NCBI GenBank assembly: GCA_030167145.1
Contig: CP126532.1
Coordinates: forward strand, 1,320,001-1,352,000
Direction of reading: 5' to 3'
DNA from: Ktedonobacterales bacterium
GTDB taxonomy: Bacteria > Chloroflexota > Ktedonobacteria > Ktedonobacterales > JADMIN01
Length of the DNA: 32,000 nt
Below are positions 13,998 to 20,810 of this stretch, one piece after another; within the stretch, counting starts at the first letter, position 1, and every line of letters begins with the position of its first letter. The position numbers and the translations under genes were made by a program. The notes below the pieces were generated by a model. The model was given only the letters and a program-made list of their open reading frames with translations, was not told where the DNA came from and did not search any database.

Positions 13998-14956
13998 ACG
14001 GAGTACTGGCCTTTGCGCTGGCGGTGTTGATCTACCCCGGCGTGGCAGTGGCGCTGGTGGCCGCGTGGGCGCTCTCGTGGGCGCGCCAGTCGGCCCGCGC
14101 CGTCACCGGTGGCAGCGCCATCCCTGGTCCGCTGCGCGACGTAAACGAGCTACGTAGCGAGATCGAGCGCGACACTATCACCCCCCACGGGGTATCAGCT
14201 CGTTTCCTCAATGTGGTGTCGAGTCTGGCCGTTGTTTTTCCCCTGCTGGCGCTGGTGCTGCTGCCTGTTCCCGGCAATCCGCTGGTGAACAGCATCGGCC
14301 TGAAGGGCGACATCGCGCTGGAAGGCGGGCTGCTGCTGGGCGTGCCGGTCATGCGGCTGCTGGTCGCCTGGGCGATCCCCTCGCCCTATACGCGGATCGC
14401 GGCGGATCGCGGGGTGCGGCTGCTCGCGGGGGTGGTGGTCACGATGGTGCTCGCCCTCACCGCGATTGCCGAGCAACTCGCTACGCTCACCCTGAATGTG
14501 GAGCCATCGAAGACGGCGCTACCGACCTTCGCGATCATCACCCGCATCCTGGCGGCACTGGCCTTCATCTTCACGCTGCCCGCGCTGGCGCGAGTGAGCG
14601 CGCTGCGGGCTGGCCATGGCAACCTGGAGGTGTCGGCGGGCGAGCTAAGCGAGGTCAGTGGGCAGGATCTGGCGGGCTTCCGTCTGGCCGAAGCGGTCCA
14701 GTTGGTCGCGGTGGCGGCGGTCTTCGTCGCGGTGTTCGTGGTGCCAATCTTCCCCACCGTCGCGGGCACGGGGCGGGCGCTGGTCTGGATTGTGGGCATC
14801 ATCCTCACGGCGCTGGGCATCGGCGCATGGGAAGGCTACGCCAGCCGCGAAGCCACCTCCGCCGAACGCCCGCCGCTCAACTGGTGGCTGGGCTGGCCGA
14901 TCCTGCTGGCAATGCTGGCGCTGGTCGCTGCCGCGTGGGCCGCGCGCGGGGTGTAA
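13994..14956 (+). CDS. NuoH/EchB/HycD-like membrane subunit
   Basis: ATGA overlap with the upstream stop. About 8 TM segments. WARQSARAVTGGSAIPGPL corresponds to ER+..A..Q.R.GP, and LEVSAGELSEVSGQDLAGFRLAEAV corresponds to AE.ESELV.G...EYSG..FA.F.LAEY. Confidence 0.75.
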   Translation: MNGVLAFALAVLIYPGVAVALVAAWALSWARQSARAVTGGSAIPGPLRDVNELRSEIERDTITPHGVSARFLNVVSSLAVVFPLLALVLLPVPGNPLVNSIGLKGDIALEGGLLLGVPVMRLLVAWAIPSPYTRIAADRGVRLLAGVVVTMVLALTAIAEQLATLTLNVEPSKTALPTFAIITRILAALAFIFTLPALARVSALRAGHGNLEVSAGELSEVSGQDLAGFRLAEAVQLVAVAAVFVAVFVVPIFPTVAGTGRALVWIVGIILTALGIGAWEGYASREATSAERPPLNWWLGWPILLAMLALVAAAWAARGV

Positions 14957-14958
14957 GG

Positions 14959-15759
14959 TCACGCAAGCAGTTCTTCCAGCACGACCGCGACGCCGTCCTC
15001 ATCGTTGCTAGGGGCGATGCGGTCAGCGGCGGCGCGGGTGGCTTCTGCCCCATTCGCCATTGCCACCGCCATCCCCGCCGCGCGCAAGAGCGGAATATCG
15101 TTCTCACCGTCGCCTATCGCCAGCACCGCTTCGCGTGGGATGCTGAGCGATTCGCGCAGGGCCGCCAGCGCCAGTCCTTTGCCCGCCTCCGCGTCGAAGA
15201 ACTCCAAGAAGTCCGGAGTCGTCGTGGTCATGATGATTTCGGGCGGCAGCAGCGGCGCGAGTGCCGCACGGAGCGCGGCCAGGCGCAGTGGTGGCCCCGC
15301 CAGAAGGATTTTCGCGGCGGGTGGCAGTTCGGGCGCGAGTAGGTTCGGCACGATCTCTGGTGGCCCCTCGCCGTATTCGCGAAAGATGCCAATGTCGGGA
15401 TGTGGCGTGTCCATATAGATCATGTCCAGCGCGAAGTGCGACACCAGCAGCGATGGGTCGGCCTGCCGCACCAGCCGGAGCACCAGATAGTGGCCCGCCT
15501 GGGAGAGAGGACGAAAGCGCAGGGTTGCGCCGGTGGCGCTCTCGCGGGTCGCCGCGCCGTTCAGCACGATCTGCGGACCCGATACCCCCATCTCGGCCAG
15601 CAGCGGCAGCACTGACCCCATCAACTTGCCAGTGGCGAGCGCGATAGTAGCGCCAGCATCCTGGGCGGCGCGCACTGCGGCGGCCACACGCGGGCGTAGG
15701 TGGTGCGCCGAATCCAGCAGCGTGCCATCCACATCCAGCGCGATCAAGCGATACTGCAT
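14959..15759 (-). CDS. Cof-type HAD-IIB family hydrolase (sugar-phosphate phosphatase-like)
   Basis: Motifs seen: LIALDVDGTLL (motif I), ATGK (II/III region), AIGDGENDIPLL..AG..VAM.N (motif IV). Convergent with the NuoH-like gene, 2 bp apart. Confidence 0.85.
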   Translation of the reverse strand: MQYRLIALDVDGTLLDSAHHLRPRVAAAVRAAQDAGATIALATGKLMGSVLPLLAEMGVSGPQIVLNGAATRESATGATLRFRPLSQAGHYLVLRLVRQADPSLLVSHFALDMIYMDTPHPDIGIFREYGEGPPEIVPNLLAPELPPAAKILLAGPPLRLAALRAALAPLLPPEIIMTTTTPDFLEFFDAEAGKGLALAALRESLSIPREAVLAIGDGENDIPLLRAAGMAVAMANGAEATRAAADRIAPSNDEDGVAVVLEELLA

Positions 15760-15857
15760 GAATATCTATCCCCGGAGCCATTCGTGATCTCGTTCACGCA
15801 AAGAGGCGCCCAGACCATTTGGCCCAAGCGCCTCTTCAGAGCTATCCGCGTGGCTGA

Positions 15858-16184
15858 CTACCAGCGCGAATTGCTATAGCTACCGCTGTGCGCGCCGCCG
15901 CCCATCTGCTGATAGCAGTTGCTGCAATAGACGGGCTTGTCGCCACGCGGCTGGAACGGCACGCGTGCCTCGCCGCCGCAGGACGAGCAGACAGCGGTAT
16001 ACATCTGGCGTTGCGAGCGATCACCGCCGTAGCCGCCCCCGCCGCTCTTGCGCGCCGCGCGGCACTCCGGGCAGCGCGAGGGCGAATGCGCGAGGCCTTT
16101 GCTCGCATAAAAGTCTTGCTCGCCTGCGGTGAACACGAAGTCACGACCGCAGTCACGACACCGAAGGGTCTGATCGGTGGCCAA
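15858..16184 (-). CDS. Zinc-ribbon protein with two CxxC...CxxC modules
   Basis: TTG start after GAGAGGTTAGG. Carries LRCRDCGRDFVFTAGEQDFYASKGL.H.PSRCPEC and AVCSSCGGEARVPFQPRGDKPVYCSNCY, matching the duplicated probable zinc-binding domain seen in small bacterial proteins. Confidence 0.75.
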   Translation of the reverse strand: MATDQTLRCRDCGRDFVFTAGEQDFYASKGLAHSPSRCPECRAARKSGGGGYGGDRSQRQMYTAVCSSCGGEARVPFQPRGDKPVYCSNCYQQMGGGAHSGSYSNSRW

Positions 16185-16428
16185 AATCCTAACCTCTCTT
16201 CCGGCTAGACCGCTCTCAACACGGTCTAACCAATGCCGCCCCAGCGACGATGCCGGGGCATGATACCCTATCCAGGGACAGAACGCTGTGGGGGAGAACT
16301 GAGAGGGGGTTATCGTCTCGAAACCGAGGCCGACGCTAACCCTGACAGGCCACCGACGAGCGTCTACGTAATCCTACGCGCAATCCCCAGTTGCGCGCCG
16401 ATGGCGAGAAACCGCCTTCGCGGCAACG

Positions 16429-16457
16429 AGTATACCATGACTCCTTTCCTAATACAA
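16429..16457 (-). promoter_or_regulatory. Promoter TTGTAT-N17-(TGg)TATACT for the zinc-ribbon gene, implying a ~235-nt leader
   Basis: On the minus strand, -35 is at 16457-16452 and -10 at 16434-16429, with a TG at the extended -10 position. Confidence 0.45.
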
Positions 16458-16638
16458 CCCTGCTCACAATACTGAAGGATGCGCAGAAATCCGAATATGT
16501 CGTAGTTTGACCATCTCAGCGTCACAGTTCTGATTCCGATGTGGGGTACAATGAGTGGAGACGATGATTAGACTGTACGTGGCGCAGCCGCCCGACAGGC
16601 ATTTCCCGCGAAGCGGCGCATCCGGCGAAAGGTTAGGC

Positions 16639-17448
16639 ATGAGCGAAAATACGCAATTATGGGTTCCGGCGGAGGAAGAAGGCAAGCCGGACCAATCTGA
16701 TGAGGTGGTGTTGTCGAAGGCTGACCTGCATATGCACACGAACCTGGGCGACGGCACCGCCAGTCCGCGCAGAGTGCTGGATGAGGCGCGCCAGCGCGGG
16801 TTGAGCGTCATCGCGGTGACGGATCACGATCACATGGAAGGCGCTAAGCGCGTGCAGGAACTGATTGATCGCGGCGAGGGTGGTGGCATTCAGATGATCT
16901 GGGGCTGCGAGGTGACGACGCGGCAGGGGCACTTCCTCGGCCTGTTCATGAAGCGCCCGGTCAAGTTTCTCAGCCATGTCGAGGGCGCGATTGACGCCAT
17001 CAAGGAGCAGGGCGGCCTCTGCATCATCCCCCATCCGATGGGGCGGCTGGTGCCCAGCCTGAGCTGGCGCAAGATCGAAGAACTGATGAACCGCGATTAC
17101 CAGATTGACGGCATCGAGCTGTACAATCCGTCGCCGGCAAACGCCTCAGCGCGCGAGCGTGTGCGCGAGCTGAACAAGCAGTGGGGATTCGCGGCCACCG
17201 GCAGCAGTGATGCGCATTTCTGGCAGCACATCGGCGCGGGCTATACGCTCTTCCCCGGCACGACGACGGCGGACCTGCGTGCGGCGCTGCTCAACAAGAC
17301 GACGCGCGATGGCGGCCAGGAGCAGAAACCGACGCGCCTGCCGCTCACGTCGTATATCGGCCAGTGCTTCTGGAGCATGGTGCTGGACCCACCGCGCAAG
17401 TTGACGCGCATGGCGATGGGGCATCCGGCGATGGCGCCCGACGCATGA
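16639..17448 (+). CDS. PHP-domain metal-dependent phosphoesterase
   Basis: Track ORF 16555..17448. ATG 16639 follows AAAGGTTAGG and lies downstream of a TACAAT -10 at 16547-16552. Motifs seen: ADLHMHT..GDG, IAVTDHD, GCEV, IIPHP, GSSDAH. Confidence 0.8.
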   Translation: MSENTQLWVPAEEEGKPDQSDEVVLSKADLHMHTNLGDGTASPRRVLDEARQRGLSVIAVTDHDHMEGAKRVQELIDRGEGGGIQMIWGCEVTTRQGHFLGLFMKRPVKFLSHVEGAIDAIKEQGGLCIIPHPMGRLVPSLSWRKIEELMNRDYQIDGIELYNPSPANASARERVRELNKQWGFAATGSSDAHFWQHIGAGYTLFPGTTTADLRAALLNKTTRDGGQEQKPTRLPLTSYIGQCFWSMVLDPPRKLTRMAMGHPAMAPDA

Positions 17449-17484
17449 CGCATAGGGATGTGCGGCGCGAATGGCAGCCGTTGG

Positions 17485-18030
17485 CTAGACGCCGCTGGTG
17501 TTGATGACGATGTCGGTCTGCCCGGCCTGGCTATCGGGGAATACGGTAATGGTGATCCGCGCGCCGCTATGCGTCGCTTGCAATTGGGTGGTGGTGTCAA
17601 TGGTGTTGGTAGTGACATTCTGCCAGCCGGAGGCGGGGAGCTTATTCGCGTAGAAGGCGGCCACCGCGCTGACGCTGTCGGTGGTGCAGAAGCCGTAGAA
17701 TCCAGAGCCGCCTTCGCTCTGGCCGACGCGCAGCTTGGCGTTGGGATAGGCAGGGATGCTGCCGGGTAACTGGGCGGTGATGCTGGCGGGCTGCGAGCAC
17801 AAGGACGAGACGCCTAGCGGTATGCCCGGTGTGCCCTGCGAACTGGCCGTGGCAGTGGGGCTACCATTGATGAGCGGGCCGGTAGGCGTGTTCACACTGC
17901 CGCTCGTGGTGGCGGTCGCCGTCGCGGTTGCGGAGGCGCCGCCACTCGCGCAGCCTAGCAGCAATGTCACCGCCAGCAAGAGCGCGCCCGCTGCCAGCCA
18001 TGGGCCAATCACCCGCCGCCACTCACTCAC
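17485..18030 (-). CDS. Putative lipoprotein (lipobox LLGC), function unknown
   Basis: Track ORF 17485..18078. GTG 18030 follows AAAAGGGTGGG. Carries VSEWRRVIGPWLAAGALLLAVTLLLGCASGG and a Thr/Ala-rich linker. The C-terminal domain contains YANKLPASGWQ. Confidence 0.6.
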   Translation of the reverse strand: MSEWRRVIGPWLAAGALLLAVTLLLGCASGGASATATATATTSGSVNTPTGPLINGSPTATASSQGTPGIPLGVSSLCSQPASITAQLPGSIPAYPNAKLRVGQSEGGSGFYGFCTTDSVSAVAAFYANKLPASGWQNVTTNTIDTTTQLQATHSGARITITVFPDSQAGQTDIVINTSGV

Positions 18031-18334
18031 ATCAGCCCACCCTTTTGTTTGCACAGGCACAGAACCACTACCGCCCACATGTCGAGTATACCCTGGCTGT
18101 CCAGTGCCGCCCGCCAGGGCTACTGCGCGGCAGGGCAGGAATCATGGGAATGCGCCCCGCATTCACTCGCGCCGCGCTTGCATTCGCACGCGGGCACACT
18201 GGTACTTTCGTTGGCCTGGGCTGCCCTTCTCTAATACGAAGCGCTGTCTGCGCCCGCGCGAATGCTGAGCGAAGGCCAGGATGTGGCGCAGGTCATCGCT
18301 AGCTTCACTATCTACTCGTTGTCAGGGTGCGTGC

Positions 18335-19147
18335 TCAAGGACAGCTCGTAAATGAATTGTGCCAATCCCAGTAGGTATTCGGGTTTCCCTCAGGTTGAAA
18401 TGATGTCCTGAATTGTGTGACACCACACGGGATTATCCAGGCAACCTCGACATTCTGTTGATACCCTGCTGGTACAGAGAATGGGCCACGTGGTGAGGCG
18501 GAATACATGTTCCAGCAGGTACCAGACGTATCGCAAAGAGAAAAATCGCTCGCCTGGAAGCCCTGGGTCTCGGATGATTGATTCTCAAATTTGTAATCAA
18601 CCCACTCGAAGTAGTTGCCAGGGGACGCATATTCGTTTCCATAGCTTGGGCCGAAACGAGCCGATGCAGATGTTTTCCAGGTAGGCGGTGTAGGAGTGTC
18701 GGTTGGCGTTGGGGTGTAAATATCAGTAGGAAGGGGGGCATAGTTGAACGATCCACCCGTGTTTTGTGGATGTGATGTCAGCTTGGAAAGTGATGGCGCG
18801 GCGAGGAGCAAACCAATAACAAAGAGCGCGACAGGGAGGCAGCCTGCGGTACGCTTCTTCGCGGGCGCCGCGGTCACAGGCTGCGCGACCGGAGGAACAC
18901 CGGGACTTGCGGAAGTTGGCGCATGGTGATAGTAGGGGACATCTTCTGATGCGGCATTTGGCATCATATAGGGCGAACCTGATGTGGAATTTGGAGCTGG
19001 ATTCGGCGCTGGTGCGAAGGGCGGCGCTTGCCGGGGCTGAGTTGTGTGGCGTCGCGAGAACAACCAACGTATTGTAGTGATAATAGCGCCAAGAATAGTC
19101 ACGATGCTGGCGCCCAAACTCGTCAACACAACGACGTTCGTGTTCAC
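18335..19147 (-). CDS. Membrane protein with Pro-rich linker and C-terminal Cys-containing DUF4352-like beta domain; lies in a low-GC cassette
   Basis: GTG start after AAAGGGG. Two TM segments (VVVLTSLGASIVTILGAIITTI and CLPVALFVIGLLLAAP), TPTPTDTPTPPT linkers, and a C-terminal domain YFEWVDYKFENQS..FSLCDTSGTCW....VEVAWIIPCG. GC is about 45-50% against about 65% in the flanks. Confidence 0.65.
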   Translation of the reverse strand: MNTNVVVLTSLGASIVTILGAIITTIRWLFSRRHTTQPRQAPPFAPAPNPAPNSTSGSPYMMPNAASEDVPYYHHAPTSASPGVPPVAQPVTAAPAKKRTAGCLPVALFVIGLLLAAPSLSKLTSHPQNTGGSFNYAPLPTDIYTPTPTDTPTPPTWKTSASARFGPSYGNEYASPGNYFEWVDYKFENQSSETQGFQASDFSLCDTSGTCWNMYSASPRGPFSVPAGYQQNVEVAWIIPCGVTQFRTSFQPEGNPNTYWDWHNSFTSCP

Positions 19148-19232
19148 TTTTTTTTTGCCCCTTTGTCAGGTATCCCTTATGGACGCTCGTTCTATTTCAT
19201 CTGCGTGGATTCAGCAGAGAACGGACGAGTCA

Positions 19233-19261
19233 ATTTTAAGCAGGTACGGTAGCCATGTCAA
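19233..19261 (-). promoter_or_regulatory. Near-consensus sigma-70 promoter TTGACA-N17-TAAAAT for the cassette gene
   Basis: On the minus strand, TTGACA is at 19261-19256, the spacer is 17 nt, and TAAAAT is at 19238-19233. This is the best promoter match in the window. Confidence 0.65.
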
Positions 19262-19480
19262 TAGAAAATTCAATCGCAATGAGAATTGAGCACTACGACT
19301 AGCAAAATATGGCATGCTCACGGACAGGTTATGTCGCGTTGTGATGGTGTCATCTGCGAATACCAGGCAACATTTGCAGGGAGAGGCAGTGGAACGTCTT
19401 GTACTGGAACATCCACTGGCTGTCCCGCTCGATAGATGAAGGGGATAGCCAGTGGAATCGCTATGCTCGCACGTTCCTGT

Positions 19481-20452
19481 TTATCCGACGTGTGGGATGA
19501 CTTCTTCGGCGAAGCGGTGGAGCATTTCGTGGTCGTAGGCGATGCGCGGCAGGTTGACGTTGATATAGTCCGCGCCGGCCTCGATACGCGCCTGAAGTTG
19601 GGCGATGATCTCATCCGGCGTGCCGACGCGCACCATGTTGCGGAACTCCGCCAGATCGAACCCATAGGGCGCACGGGCTTTTTCGGTCGCTTTTTCTGGG
19701 TCTTCGCCGGGCCGCAGGAGGAACAGCGGCACATTGGTGGATTTGATGATGCTGTCGTAGTCGCGCCCAACCGTGTCGCAGTGCTTGCGGAGGACGGCGA
19801 GTTTCTGGCGGATGTCATCAGGGCTGCCGCCGATATTGCAGGCATCGGCGTACTTCGCCACCAGTTTGAGGGTCACCTGCTCGCCGCTACCGCCGATCCA
19901 GAGCGATGGATGGGGCTTGCGCACGCCTTTTGGCTCGTTGATCGGCTTGTGGATGCTGTGATATTCGCCGGTGAACTCGGGTGCGTCCTCGGTCCACATT
20001 TTGACCATGATCTGGGTGGCCTCACGGAATGCGCGCATACGGTCGCGCGTCTCGGGGAAGCCGTAGCCATAGGCGCGCCACTCGTGCTCGTACCAGCCTG
20101 CGCCGATGCCGCAGTAGAGACGCCCGTGGCTCATTACGTCCACGGTGGAGGCCATCTTCGCCAGCAGCGCGGGGTTGCGGTAGCCGAGGCAGGTCACCAT
20201 CTGGCCGACGTTCACGCGCTGTGTGTCGCGCGCCAGTCCGGCGGTGATCGTCCACGCCTCGAAGGTGGTCTCCATCGTGGGCGAAGGGACGGTGTGGAAG
20301 TGATCGTAGACCCAGATCGAATCGTAGGCGGGTAGCGCATCGGCGGCCTTCGCGACGCGCGTCATCGCTTCGTATTGCTCCACCGGATCGCGAATCTCCA
20401 TCAGGTCCATGCGCCAGCCCTGTGGCACGAATACACCGAATCGTACAGCCAT
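19481..20452 (-). CDS. Luciferase-like monooxygenase (LLM) class oxidoreductase, F420-dependent-type
   Basis: MAVRFGVFVPQG..., SIWVYDHF, GYRNPALLAKMASTVDVMSHGRL..GIGAGW...E...YG..F, LWIGGSGE..TLKLVAKYAD..N. This is the typical LLM TIM-barrel pattern of the F420-dependent subgroup. Confidence 0.8.
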   Translation of the reverse strand: MAVRFGVFVPQGWRMDLMEIRDPVEQYEAMTRVAKAADALPAYDSIWVYDHFHTVPSPTMETTFEAWTITAGLARDTQRVNVGQMVTCLGYRNPALLAKMASTVDVMSHGRLYCGIGAGWYEHEWRAYGYGFPETRDRMRAFREATQIMVKMWTEDAPEFTGEYHSIHKPINEPKGVRKPHPSLWIGGSGEQVTLKLVAKYADACNIGGSPDDIRQKLAVLRKHCDTVGRDYDSIIKSTNVPLFLLRPGEDPEKATEKARAPYGFDLAEFRNMVRVGTPDEIIAQLQARIEAGADYINVNLPRIAYDHEMLHRFAEEVIPHVG

Positions 20453-20608
20453 AGCTATGCTTCTCTCCCGCTTCCGCGCAACGTCATCTAGCAGCGTGCA
20501 GATGTCGTGAAGACGATAGGCTCTGCTCTACACTATGCCCCAAGTGATTGGCATAAATTCAAGGGTGGCATGGTATGGTGGCGCAATCCGCCAACAAACT
20601 TTACATAA

Positions 20609-20695
20609 TCAGGTGTTCACCTGACAGGATATACGGAATATACCTGATGCCCAAAAGTTCCGCCTGGGCGTATGCTCCGTGCAGAGAGTGGACAT
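20609..20695 (-). CDS. Candidate 28-aa small ORF behind an unusually strong SD (speculative)
   Basis: Below the ORF-track size cutoff. GGGAGGGGAGGAGGAGG-ttaggtc-ATG (ATG at 20695-20693) encodes MSTLCTEHTPRRNFWASGIFRISCQVNT-stop. The 3' end overlaps the palindrome CAGGTGTTCACCTG (20610-20623). Confidence 0.2.
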   Translation of the reverse strand: MSTLCTEHTPRRNFWASGIFRISCQVNT

Positions 20696-20721
20696 GACCT
20701 AACCTCCTCCTCCCCTCCCAC

Positions 20722-20758
20722 ACGAAGGTCAGGCTCAAGCGCGGAGTCTGGCCTTCGT
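20722..20758. terminator. Stem-loop in the gap between the pentapeptide-repeat gene and the LLM gene
   Basis: ACGAAGGTCAGG...TCTGGCCTTCGT forms a stem of about 12 bp including wobbles. A T-rich tract (cttgtttgg, duplicated) follows on the + strand only. Confidence 0.4.
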
Positions 20759-20810
20759 GGCGTCTTGTTTGGCGCGGGCGCTTTGTTTGGCGCGTTCTCC
20801 TTGCTTCGCC

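Noticed and set aside
9976-14956. Calling the four genes a canonical nuo (complex I) operon or a functional Ech/Hyc-type hydrogenase
   Set aside because: The operon is bounded within the window and lacks the NuoA/C/E/F/G/I/J/K equivalents. The small subunit has hydrogenase-type CxxC, so it is not NuoB-like. The large subunit lacks one Ni-Fe Cys, and there is no EchF/HycF-like subunit or hyp gene nearby. It is therefore annotated only as 'like'.
16285-16350. TPP-riboswitch-like fragments (CTGAGA ... ACCCTGA) on the plus strand of the 16185-16638 intergenic region
   Set aside because: Only the short CTGAGA and ACCCTGA strings match. The pyrimidine-sensing helix and the conserved CCAGCG/AGGGA segments are missing, the orientation does not lead into a thiamine gene, and the promoter evidence puts the transcript on the other strand.
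16233-16475. 80-aa plus-strand ORF in the zinc-ribbon/PHP intergenic region
   Set aside because: It has no SD, its composition is odd, and it lies within what looks like a structured minus-strand leader.
19436-20335. 299-aa plus-strand ORF and 175-aa minus-strand ORF (19318..19845) overlapping the LLM oxidoreductase gene
   Set aside because: The LLM frame has clear family motifs across its full length. The alternatives lack SDs and have skewed composition.
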